From a virus, in the UHGV virus genome UHGV-0010228: 64,000 nt of DNA; one strand, 5' to 3'. This document shows, piece after piece, positions 30,573 to 40,848 of the stretch. The notes below the pieces were generated by a model. It saw only the letters and a program-made list of their open reading frames with translations. It was not told where the DNA came from and did not search any database. The first letter of the stretch is position 1. Each line of letters opens with the position of its first letter. The position numbers and the translations under genes were made by a program.

Positions 30573-31012
30573 CATGATACAGTGGATCTATACAAATCAA
30601 CATTATAATGAGTCGGCCCCGACTATTCATATAATATTAATATTGTATAGATCCTAGTATCATAGCACAATCTGCAGAATAGCAGAAGGTTGATAGTCTT
30701 CCTTTCCTTTCTATAATATCTACTTTCACATGATACTATCATGTTACGTTAGAATGATATTTCATTCAAGTGATCAATATTTTAGATTTTGTCTATCCTT
30801 TATATTTTTAATACTTTGACAAATTGAGGAAATTTATATAGTTTTATAACACCACCCTACAAGTTACCGCTAACCCAGTAACCCCGATGTTAATATGCTA
30901 GCTAGGATAAATCATCTTACATGCAATGCAACACGAGAATGTAGTAATGCAGCAAGATAATTTATCCTAGCCTATATAAGTTCACTTTAATAATATATAA
31001 GTATAATTTTAA

Positions 31013-31423
31013 TCATTTATGCTGAAGAAAGAGCATTTTTAATCTCTCCAATAATGTATGTTTATCAGTATGATTATCCATATTTACACAATCATACATA
31101 TATGCTACAATTTTATCAATAACATAGTTGACCAATCTAGGAATTTCATATCTACCCTTCGAATATTCGTATTCGCAATTATATGAGCGAGTTACTATTT
31201 CATCATATACCACACTTTTATAACTTATCATCACCCATATTGATCGATTATCGTTTTCTTCTAAACTATTAGTCATCTTAACTGTAATTGGAAATTTAGG
31301 GCCTAAATAAAATTCATCTGAATGGATCGTTTGAGATTCATAGTTAGATATTTTTCTAATTAATCTTTCGATCTTATATCTTAACATCATTTCCGGCGCT
31401 TCATTTAATATAAACTTATCCAT
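31013..31423 (-). CDS. hypothetical protein (136 aa)
   Basis: Standard ORF. Confidence 0.55.
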   Translation of the reverse strand: MDKFILNEAPEMMLRYKIERLIRKISNYESQTIHSDEFYLGPKFPITVKMTNSLEENDNRSIWVMISYKSVVYDEIVTRSYNCEYEYSKGRYEIPRLVNYVIDKIVAYMYDCVNMDNHTDKHTLLERLKMLFLQHK

Positions 31424-31453
31424 ATAAATTTCCTTTCAAAAAAAAAAAATAAG

Positions 31454-31477
31454 AGAGCTATTATATAATAGCTCTCC
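31454..31477. terminator. Bidirectional terminator gagagctattata|tataatagctctc flanked by A and T runs
   Basis: Perfect 24-nt palindrome with A11 upstream. Confidence 0.65.
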
Positions 31478-31500
31478 ATAATTAATATTAATTATTAAGT

Positions 31501-32085
31501 TTAAAGTTCTTCCTTTAACCATGGAGGAACTGCATTTGACACCTTAAGTGCTGAATGCTTCTTTGTCTTCATAACTCTACCAGTATCTACCGGAATTGAC
31601 TTTCCATCTGGCTGAGTTTCAAACTTCTTAATTGCAGTTTTCTTTTCAGCAACATCTGTTACTGAAATTGCCATCTGAGTTTCTTCCTTATCTGTAATAG
31701 GGAATACATACTTTCTTCCAGCCTTGATGTAATCCTTAATTACAGTACCAGCAACTTCCATAACTGCAGATGCCTGTTCCTTTGAGAATGTAACTGTATC
31801 GATCTGATTTACTTCTTCCTTATCAAGTCCTAACTGCTTAAGTGTAGGCTTGAGTGATTCTCTATATCTTGTAGCTGGCTTTGTTTCAGTTGCTACAGGC
31901 TCACCATCTGCACCTACAGAACTCTTCTTATATTCATTCTGCACATATTCTGGTGAATTCATTAAAGCCTGAGCAAGACCTACAAGATCTGTAGTTGATG
32001 AACTTACAGGATGCTTACCTGAAGCTCTAACAGTTCCCTTAACTTTCTCTTCTACAGTCTTCTTCATTTCATCGTACTTTGACAT
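31501..32085 (-). CDS. hypothetical protein (194 aa, relatively GC-rich codon use; possibly abundant)
   Basis: GGAGATTAAAAAAATG RBS. Terminator immediately downstream. Confidence 0.65.
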   Translation of the reverse strand: MSKYDEMKKTVEEKVKGTVRASGKHPVSSSTTDLVGLAQALMNSPEYVQNEYKKSSVGADGEPVATETKPATRYRESLKPTLKQLGLDKEEVNQIDTVTFSKEQASAVMEVAGTVIKDYIKAGRKYVFPITDKEETQMAISVTDVAEKKTAIKKFETQPDGKSIPVDTGRVMKTKKHSALKVSNAVPPWLKEEL

Positions 32086-32159
32086 TTTTTTAATCTCCTT
32101 TTCATGATTCAGATTTAATTATAAATTAAATTACTCGTGGTGTTCGTTGAGTTATAAAT

Positions 32160-33857
32160 TTATAACGTAGTTGCTCCAGATGGTGGATTTACCATCTTAG
32201 TTGATACTGGTTCTGAATTATTGAATTCATTTACAAGTTCTTCCCTGTCCATTTCAGAATATTCAGCGGAAGTTTCACTATCAGTAGCTATCACTTCAGT
32301 AGCTTCAACTACATCAACAGATTCTTTCAGTTTTTCCGCCTTCTCTTTAGCTAACTGAGCATCTGCCTGAGCTTTGAGCTTTTCCCAATATTCTTTATAA
32401 ATAGTTACTAACTGCTTATATGCGACGTCACCTTCTTTAATTCCATACTCATGAACTCGATTTAAGAATTCTCTATATGGCAGATGGAAGATTTCTGGAT
32501 CTATATCTTCATAATCATCTTCATCATCTTCGTCGTCATATTCATCTTCATCAATTTCTTCTTCAATATCTTCACTATCATCATCACCATTTATAAGTTT
32601 ATTAAATGCTGCTATTGCAGCATCTTCTTCAACTACAGGTTTAGTAGTTTTCTTTTCAACTACTATTTCGTCATCATCATCTTCGTCTTCAGTTAAATAT
32701 TCAATAACATCATATACAACTTTAGACAAATCTTTGATCTGATTCTTTAATTCTGAAACTTCAGTGTTAGTAGATGGTACTACTTTAGGCTTTGGAGTAA
32801 TGTTTGAAGACTGATTATTAGCATTCTGACTCTGAAGAGATATCAGTGTTGACATCATATCAATCATCTTATCTATCCTTGGGTCATACATATTCTGCTG
32901 CTGAGACTGAAGATTTTCAGTTCTCCTAGAGTGATTATATGGCGATCCACCTCTTCCATAACGGCGATTTGCGTAATCTTCCCCATAGACATACGCATCA
33001 AATTCATAATCGTCATCATCGTCATCATCTGGTTCACCTAATTCAGCAATCTGATCATCACTTAAACCATCTAATATGGAATAACCTGATGATGAACGAT
33101 AGTCTTCATCATCATTATTACGGTTATTATTTCCTGGGTTTATCATCTTAAATGAACCATTCTTAAAATCGGGTGCATTACCCATCATTCTCTGATAATC
33201 CATGTATGCATTATAGTTATCTAAATCTTCCTGTGTGTATACGTCCGGAAGACGATAAAATTCATTGTATTTCGAATATTCTTCTTCATCTTCATCGATT
33301 AAATCGTCATCGAAGAAATCTCCTAATCCGAAATTATGATGAATTCCATCTTTATCACTATCAATAAAGTTCATTAAACCTTTATACTTATTTTTATAAC
33401 CTTTAGCATTAAGATTTAAATATGACTTAAATTCTATTATAGTTTTCTTATATGCCTTATTATAGAATTTCAGTTCTTTCTTTAATGCATCAACATTTTT
33501 GCCATGTTTCTGTCTATCCTTAATACGATTTCTAGTATGCTTAATATCACATACTAAATTTATTAAATCCCTCATTGCCATCATAAGAGATTTAGATCCA
33601 ACTAATCTTTCAAGATTATTACGACCAACATATTTGTCAATCATAAATAATATCATCTTTGAATCTTCACAACGTATTATTCTAGATGCAAATCTATCCG
33701 CACCGAATAATTCATTGAAGATATCATCAACTGCGGAGACATTATCAGGAACTCTAGTTCCCATATTTACACATAAATTCACCATGCTTTTAGCAAGATA
33801 CATGTTTGATACATGTCTATACTTATATTTCTTATTCTTCATCTTCATCCTCCACAT
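32160..33857 (-). CDS. highly acidic hypothetical protein (about 560 aa; D/E/N tracts)
   Basis: Start probably at the ATG at 33842 (GGAGG 6 nt upstream) rather than 33857. Confidence 0.6.
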   Translation of the reverse strand: MWRMKMKNKKYKYRHVSNMYLAKSMVNLCVNMGTRVPDNVSAVDDIFNELFGADRFASRIIRCEDSKMILFMIDKYVGRNNLERLVGSKSLMMAMRDLINLVCDIKHTRNRIKDRQKHGKNVDALKKELKFYNKAYKKTIIEFKSYLNLNAKGYKNKYKGLMNFIDSDKDGIHHNFGLGDFFDDDLIDEDEEEYSKYNEFYRLPDVYTQEDLDNYNAYMDYQRMMGNAPDFKNGSFKMINPGNNNRNNDDEDYRSSSGYSILDGLSDDQIAELGEPDDDDDDDYEFDAYVYGEDYANRRYGRGGSPYNHSRRTENLQSQQQNMYDPRIDKMIDMMSTLISLQSQNANNQSSNITPKPKVVPSTNTEVSELKNQIKDLSKVVYDVIEYLTEDEDDDDEIVVEKKTTKPVVEEDAAIAAFNKLINGDDDSEDIEEEIDEDEYDDEDDEDDYEDIDPEIFHLPYREFLNRVHEYGIKEGDVAYKQLVTIYKEYWEKLKAQADAQLAKEKAEKLKESVDVVEATEVIATDSETSAEYSEMDREELVNEFNNSEPVSTKMVNPPSGATTL

Positions 33858-34395
33858 AATTATCTAATGTATCAGTTAATTCGTCTGGATCGTGAAAATC
33901 ATTATCTTCAACATCATCAAAGATTGATTCATCTTCATCTAAATCATTCTTATATAATTCAACATATCTGCCAATCTGATCTTCGACAATATTTCTATAA
34001 GTATCTTCATCTGATATTATATCAATACAATTATTAATGATCGTATCCTTATATTCATCACTGAATTCATCAATTGAGATATCGTCAGAATATGACTCAA
34101 TGATATCATCATATGCAGATGAAAATGCTGATCTATCGTGATATGTTATTACGTCAGATCCATAAAATTCTTCCATAGCATCTGAATATTCTTTCTTAGT
34201 TTTATAACCAGAAGGATCAATGAATGATTCCATATCATTCATTGCTTTTGTGACTTCATCTGCAATGTTTAAAATCTTTTCGTCATCTTCATTATCTGTG
34301 TAAGATGATACCATTGCATAAAAGTTTGATAATCTGCTCATTGTGTTTTTCTCCTTTTTAATTAAGTAATATAATTTATTAGTGTTATTCACCAT
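33832..34395 (-). CDS. acidic hypothetical protein (187 aa)
   Basis: AAAAGGAGAAAAA RBS. Overlaps the downstream gene's start. Confidence 0.55.
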   Translation of the reverse strand: MVNNTNKLYYLIKKEKNTMSRLSNFYAMVSSYTDNEDDEKILNIADEVTKAMNDMESFIDPSGYKTKKEYSDAMEEFYGSDVITYHDRSAFSSAYDDIIESYSDDISIDEFSDEYKDTIINNCIDIISDEDTYRNIVEDQIGRYVELYKNDLDEDESIFDDVEDNDFHDPDELTDTLDNYVEDEDEE

Positions 34396-34432
34396 TAGAG
34401 ATAATTATAAGCGCGGATTTCTTATAATTATT

Positions 34433-34449
34433 TCACTAAAATAATATAT
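34433..34449 (-). promoter_or_regulatory. Conserved promoter-like motif copy (ATATATTATTTTAGTGA)
   Basis: Upstream of gene 33832..34395. Confidence 0.45.
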
Positions 34450-34464
34450 CATTATAAAAAAAAT

Positions 34465-34492
34465 AGAGGATGAAGAATAAACTTCATCCTCT
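34465..34492 (-). terminator. Terminator agaggatgaag...cttcatcctct
   Basis: Hairpin plus T8 on the minus strand, after lipoprotein gene 34524..35279. Confidence 0.65.
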
Positions 34493-34523
34493 TATGCTAG
34501 TTATTTATATAATTAGCAAATTT

Positions 34524-35279
34524 TTACCAACCCTGATAATCGTAAAGATTTGCTAAATCTTCATCAAGAAAATCCATTGCCTCATCATATGCAACATCAA
34601 GATCTTCTTCTGTTATACCCATGACATCTCCAGCATTATTATTGAAAGTGTCATTTATATAATCTGTAGATATATAATTATATCCACATACAGTTGATAT
34701 AAATTCCTGAATTTCTGGAGCACATGCCATACGCCATTCATAAGTTGGATACTTATTTACTATCTTAACTTTTAATGGTTTAGAACTGGCTTGATTCCAA
34801 TGAACTGTAAAATCATACGATTCTCTTAATTCGTTAAGAGAATCAACATATGACATACCAGATAGCAGTCCTAACTGAGCCTGAAGGAGCATAGCTCCAT
34901 AATCATTGAAGTTAAGAGTTCCATATGTTATCTCATACTCCTTAACCTCGTCATTATCAGTTATAGTATCAAAACTGATAATGTCAAATCCAGTTGCACA
35001 GTCTTTTGCAACTATTTGTGCAACTTCTGAAATTTCTGACTCTGAAATTCCCATTTCTCCTTCACCTAACCACGAGAGCCAGTTTTCTAACGTTTCCTGA
35101 ATACCATACCCAGTAAACTTTTCAAACTGACTCCAGCTATTTTTTGTATTAATTTGCTCAAAAGTATTATACACCATTTCGGATGATTTTGCACATCCTG
35201 TGAATAATAATATTGACGCAATAACTAATACTAATACGGTAAAGATACTTTTCTTCATTTTATTTCCCTCCTTATACAT
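34524..35279 (-). CDS. lipoprotein (251 aa)
   Basis: Signal peptide plus lipobox: MKKSIFTVLVLVIASILLFTGC. Confidence 0.7.
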   Translation of the reverse strand: MYKEGNKMKKSIFTVLVLVIASILLFTGCAKSSEMVYNTFEQINTKNSWSQFEKFTGYGIQETLENWLSWLGEGEMGISESEISEVAQIVAKDCATGFDIISFDTITDNDEVKEYEITYGTLNFNDYGAMLLQAQLGLLSGMSYVDSLNELRESYDFTVHWNQASSKPLKVKIVNKYPTYEWRMACAPEIQEFISTVCGYNYISTDYINDTFNNNAGDVMGITEEDLDVAYDEAMDFLDEDLANLYDYQGW

Positions 35280-35877
35280 AAAGATTATTCCATTCTACAA
35301 CCGAATACTGATCGGTTCCATCCATTGGCATTTGGTCTGAATATGCCCAATAAATGCCAATTACATGATATTCCTCATTAGGATTTATTCTTAATCCTAT
35401 AGTCTTTTCATAATCCAAAACAATTTCTGGATCGGTAACATTTTCAATTGGGCTGAATGTGTTTGGAAAATATGGATCTTCTATAAAGTGTGAGAAAAAT
35501 TCATCATCAGTAGCAATGATATATATATTCTCAAGGTCTGGAAAATATAATGCAATTTCTGGACCTTCCCCATAATAATTTCCAGTAACATGTGATCCCA
35601 TATCACTTTCATCGATATCAATAAGAGCAAATTTTGCTCTACTCTTATCAATATAATCTAAATAGGTCATTGTATCTTCAACTATAGATTTTAATTCATC
35701 AGATGGTATATACCCGTTAAATTCTGAATTGGGATTTACATCCCAGTTATACTGATAACTATCCTCGTCAGAAGATACTGGTGATGATTCTATAGGGTTT
35801 TCTTTGGCTGGTGATTCTCCAACTCCACAACCTGATAAACCTATAATACCTGCTAATATTAATGCTACAATTTTCAT
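35272..35877 (-). CDS. lipoprotein (201 aa)
   Basis: MKIVALILAGIIGLSGC lipobox. GGAGGAAATAAAATG RBS. Confidence 0.7.
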   Translation of the reverse strand: MKIVALILAGIIGLSGCGVGESPAKENPIESSPVSSDEDSYQYNWDVNPNSEFNGYIPSDELKSIVEDTMTYLDYIDKSRAKFALIDIDESDMGSHVTGNYYGEGPEIALYFPDLENIYIIATDDEFFSHFIEDPYFPNTFSPIENVTDPEIVLDYEKTIGLRINPNEEYHVIGIYWAYSDQMPMDGTDQYSVVEWNNLYV

Positions 35878-35917
35878 TTTATTTCCTCCTTAATAATAAC
35901 TTATAACTAGCATTTAA

Positions 35918-35934
35918 TCACTATAATAATATAT
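35918..35934 (-). promoter_or_regulatory. Conserved promoter-like motif copy
   Basis: ATATATTATTATAGTGA upstream of the lipoprotein pair. Confidence 0.45.
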
Positions 35935-36003
35935 CAATTTAAAAAAATACAAATATCAGGAAGCTTTAACATTTCATTAAAATGTATACAAGGAGGTGTA
36001 CAA

Positions 36004-39000
36004 ATGCTATTCGAAAATTATGAAGATTGGAGAGTATATCCACCACAACCGAGGATATATTTCCCTAAAAATTCTTCAAAAAATAAAACTGCAGGATATG
36101 GATCAGCGTTATTTTTATTAACCCCCAAAACTACATCATCTTTCGAATTTATGAAAGATAAAAATGTAGCACTCAGAATGTCTTTATATAAATACTATAT
36201 GATAGAGACGATGTATAAAGAAAAAATTGGTCGAAAAAATGTCATATTAAATATGACTAGACAGATGGAAGCTTTATATAATGAAAATAATGTTGAAAAA
36301 GATACTACAATATCTTATATTCCTAGACCTCAGAAAAAAGCTAGATTAAAATCTGGTAATAATATAATTGTAGATTTATCAATGTGGATGGAATTATATC
36401 TTAAATATACAGTAACTATTCAGAATCCTAAGGAAAAGTGTAGAATATTTATAGATTTATTAGATAAATTGCTTAATGATAGTAATTATAATAATTATGA
36501 AAAATTAGTATGCATAGATATAAATTCATGGACTAATAGAGCGGCAGATTGTGTTATGATGAATCGCGATCTACTCAATAACCCTCTATCAATTTTAATT
36601 TATGCTATGGTTAAATATCCGGATTTATTAAATGGAAAACTTAAAAACTTTAGAATATATCTCGTAAATAGATCTAGTAAGCAGATTTTTCTCTTTAATA
36701 CAAAAGATATTATTAAAGATAATTATAACAAATTTAAGAGTAAGATCAAATTATTCAAGGGTATATCTATATCATCTTCTGAAACTCTTGAGGGCGATAC
36801 CAATATATCAGAAGGTGAAGCCAAGGCTATCGCTATCAATAATTATAAAAATAAAGTATTAAAGTCAATGAAGAGTAATCTCTTAGGTAACAGTAAGAAT
36901 ACTGAAATTCGAGAAATTACTGACGATGATGAATTGATTGATAGTAATGATGATTATGATGAGATCTTCGATGTTACTAAAGAAATAGAAGAAGAATCTG
37001 ATGAAGTAAAACCAACCGATGAAGATTCTAATCTTTTTGATGAAATGGGAGCAGAGTTAGATCTTGATGCTGAAGCTTTGGCTGAATTAGATAATATGAT
37101 TGGTGATATTGATGATGTATCAACTGATGATATATTGAATACTCCAGTAGATGAAGTTGCAGATGATCTTGCTGAACGTGTTAAAAATAATGTATTCATT
37201 GCGGAATTTAAACCTAAGAGGACAAGTGAGCAAGAAGAGCGAAATCGTGAAATGATGGATATTCAGGCAATAGCTCTTAATCAGGAAAATATTGATAATG
37301 CAAAAACCAAGATAATTGATACAACAGATTTTTCAGACTATATCAATTCTTCCAATGTAAATATTCTTAAATCAAAATATGTTAATTTTGATAAAGACTA
37401 TGTTGAAAAGAAAATGGAAGGTGACATAGACAATGCTGTTGCTTGCTTATCTGGAGCGACAGATAAGATATTCATCACCAATAAAGAAGTTATTGATTCT
37501 TCAGACTCTTTAAATCTTAAGAGGACTTTAAAATATTCCCTTGAAGATGAAAAAGGTAATAAAATGACAATAACTTTTGATGTACCTATTATAATTGATA
37601 ACTGCTATATCTATGTAAATGGTAGTAAGAAGTTGATAGGTCATCAGTTTATATTAAAACCTCTAGTAAAAACTGGTCCTGATACTGTTCAGTTAGTAAC
37701 TTCATATAATAAAGTATTTATCACTAGAGATGGCGTTGTAGATTATATATCTTCTAGCATTATAACTTATATGGAGAAGAATCCAGAGAAGTTTAAGTGT
37801 GTTAGGGGTAATTCATCAATTAAGAATAAGAAATATAACACAGCATTAGATTTTACAATGTATGCTAAGTTATTTACTAGATTTACAATTGGTGATGAAG
37901 AATTTATTACCGGCATTGAAGAATTTTATGATAGATACAATAAAAAATATCCAACTAAAAAACTTAAGTTGGATAAAAAGAAAATTGCTGAGAAGTATCC
38001 AATTTCATTTAATAAAAAGACTGGTGAAATAAGATATATGAAATCAACTGAAAGTTTTTCGGATATCTTATTATCAATCATTGATGAAGAAGATAAGAAA
38101 GCAATTAGTAGAATTAAAAAGAAACCTAGACTGGTTTATGTTAGGGCTAAATTAATGGGCCAAATATTCCCAATGGCTCTTCTTTTAATGTATCATGAAG
38201 GATTCGCGTCTATAATGAAACGTGCAGATATTGCTTATCAATTCACAGATAAGAAGTCATATAATAAAATGGATAAAATGAGATATGATTTCTTAGAACT
38301 ATCGGATGGATTAGTCGTCTGGGAACGTAGAAATATGTTAACTTCATTACTCATGAATGGCTTAAAGCGATTAGATTTTACACCTTATACAATAGAAGAG
38401 TTAGAATCTAAGGATACTTATAGGTCATTATTAGTCGACTTATATAATGGGGATAATTCTATTTCATATAAAATAGATCAGTTCTATGATTTTACAATAG
38501 ATTCTATTACTAAGGAGATATTAGAGGATATGAATTATCCTACAAATCTTCCTGATTTATTAATATTAGCAGTTAAGATGTTATGTGATAGCGCATATGC
38601 TCTTGAAAATAATATGAATAATATGAGAATTAGAAGTAATGAGGTAATTCCAGCGATTATTCATAAAGAAATAGCAGATGCATATAACTTATATAGAAAG
38701 ACATCTTATAAGAAGAAACCAGTTAATGTATCTATTAAACCAAATATCATAATTGATAAATTACTATCTGCTGATACCAATCTCATCGAGGAATTTAGTA
38801 CTATAAATCCTGTATTAGAGATAGAAAAAGCTCGTTGTGTAACATTTAAAGGCTATAGAGGTATACAGTTAGATAGAGCGATAACTCTTCCTAGACGTGG
38901 ATATGATCCATCAATGTTAGGAATTATGGGAATTTCAACATCATCAGATGCTAACTGTGGTGTAAATAGACAGATGACATTAGAACCTGCGATTACATCT

Positions 39001-39128
39001 ACAAGAGGATACTTGGAGGTAAATGGTGTTGAAAATGTAAATTCTTTAACAGATGCTAATTTACTATCGCCAGCAGAATTATTAACACCACTCGGTGTTA
39101 TACATGATGACCCCGATAGAACTGCGAT
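36004..39128 (+). CDS. Multisubunit RNA polymerase beta-like subunit, exon 1
   Basis: AGGAGGTG RBS. C-terminal part aligns by eye with bacterial RpoB: ...LDRAITLPRRGYDPSMLG... (compare RERAGFEVRDVHPTHYGR), RGYLEV (YGFLETPYR), LTPLGVIHDDPDRTA ([14 protein letters not shown]). The exon ends ...gcg at| and the 'IKKSLLDVAV*' tail is intron read-through. Confidence 0.75.
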
Positions 39129-39541
39129 CAAAAAAAGCTTGTTAGATGTCGCAGTATAATACCTTGTGAATTGCGGGGATAATTGATACTTTTTATATAC
39201 TAAATCATTATAGTAATATAATGATGGCGAGGGGTAATTCCTTAGGTATAGTAATAATTATAAAAAGAATATTAAATCCGCATCTAATGCTCTTTATACG
39301 AGAAAAGTTCAGAGACTATCGAAAGCTAGATATCTATCATTTATAGAAATATATAAAATACTATACAATATATAGTATGGATAGATTGAGATAACCAAGT
39401 GAGTAGAGTAGAGCCAAGTTATTGGGTTAGTATATATATGATATTAGTATATAGTAAATCTATTAAATCGAAGCGCAAGGGTTAGATTTTATTTGGTAAA
39501 AGAGTAAGATCTAATAAGATATAGTCCGCGATCACATTGTG
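39129..39541 (+). ncRNA. Group I self-splicing intron in the RNAP beta-like gene (413 nt, no ORF)
   Basis: Classical core elements: P gaattgcgggga (39168-39179); Q aaatccgca (about 39282); R gttcagagactat (about 39307-39319); S aagatatagtcc (39516-39527). Internal guide gtcgcag (39148-39154) pairs with exon end cugcgau (39122-39128), with a U-G closing pair. Omega-G at 39541. Confidence 0.85.
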
Positions 39542-40724
39542 GTCTTACAAGCAAACGAAATACATGATTCCAGTTGCTGATTCGTCACCAGTGTTAATAG
39601 GTAATAAAGTTGAATCTATTTTACCATATTTAATTTCAAATGAATTTGTTGTTGATGCTAAGCAAGATGGTGAAGTTGTTGAGATTAAAGACGATTATTG
39701 TGTCGTAAAATATAAAGATGGAACTTATTATTCTATAGATATTGGAAGTAGAATTAAGAAAAATGCAAGTGCAGGTTTCTTTATAGACAATAAATTAACT
39801 TGCAATTTAAAAGTTGGAGATAAATTCAAAAAGGGTGATATTTTAGCTTACAGTGATAAAGCATTTACTCCTAATAGAGATGGTAAAGGCGCATCTATGA
39901 ATTTAGGAGTATTAACAAAAATTGCAATTGTAAGTAATTGGGATGTATATGAGGATAGTGCACCTATCACTAAAAAATTAGCTGAACGGTTAGCTACAGA
40001 TATGGTTTGGGAAAAAGCAGTATCATTAAATCCTGGTACTTACATTGAAAAGATGGTTAAGATTGGTGATAAAATAAAGACTGGTGAATCACTGATGTTA
40101 TTTGAAGAAGTTGATGATACGGATTTCGCTGCTGTTCTTAAACAGATTCGTGAAGAAAATCAAGAAGAACTTATTGAAAGCACAAAATCAACTATTACTT
40201 CGAAATACACAGGAGAAATTGCTGATATTAAAATATATTCAACTGTGCCAGTTGAAGAGATGGATGAATCTTTAGCTAAAATAGTGACCGATTATTATAA
40301 AAAGGTCGAAAAAAGAAATAATATTCTTGAAAAATATAAGAATCCTGGAGATTGTAATTATTATAAATCTGGACAGATTATATCTGAGGAATCTAAAGTT
40401 ATGAAACCATCTAAATCTGGTAAGATTAAAGGTGAGTATGCCGAAAATTCAGTAGTTATTGTATTCTATGTTAAGTATAGAGATGTAGCTGCTAAGGGTG
40501 ATAAAGTATGTGCACAGTTCGCACTTAAGGGTGTTTGCTCACATGTTATAGAAGAAGGATTAGAGCCATATTCTGAATATAGACCAGATGAAGAAATATC
40601 AGCTCTTATTGCACCTCTTGCAGTATCTGCAAGAAAAGTTCCGTCAGTATTCAAGATGATGTTTGGTAATAAATTGCTTATAGAATTAAAACGACATTTG
40701 AAAGATATGTACTTAAATAACTAA
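39542..40724 (+). CDS. Multisubunit RNA polymerase beta-like subunit, exon 2
   Basis: Junction codon at+g gives Met: ...HDDPDRTA-M-SYKQTKYMIPV (compare [20 protein letters not shown]). Downstream GDILAYSDKAF...NLGVLTKIAIVSNWDVYEDS (compare GDVLADGPSTD...NMRVAFMPWNGYNFEDS). Also ALKGVCSHV...LIAPLAVSARKVPSVFKMMFGNKLLIELKRHL (compare GNKGVISKI...[22 protein letters not shown]). The protein stops at about E. coli residue 1100. Confidence 0.75.
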
Positions 40725-40736
40725 ATAAACAAATTA

Positions 40737-40772
40737 TGAATATAAGATATTGTCTAATATCTTATATTCATA
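40737..40772 (+). terminator. Terminator hairpin after the RNAP gene
   Basis: tgaatataagatatt-gtcta-atatcttatattca. Confidence 0.55.
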
Positions 40773-40848
40773 ATTCTATATAAATTTTATGAATATATTA
40801 TTTTGATGATAATATTATATTTCTTAAACAGTGAAAGGAGAATTAAAA

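Noticed and set aside
39129-39159. C-terminal 'IKKSLLDVAV*' of ORF 36004..39159, and the TTG start at 39537 of the downstream ORF
   Set aside because: Both are read-through into, or out of, the group I intron. The exon junction is 39128|39542.
39129-39541. Group II intron, or an intergenic spacer between two separate RNAP genes
   Set aside because: Too short for group II. The P/Q/R/S elements and P1 pairing are group I. There is no RBS or start for a second gene.
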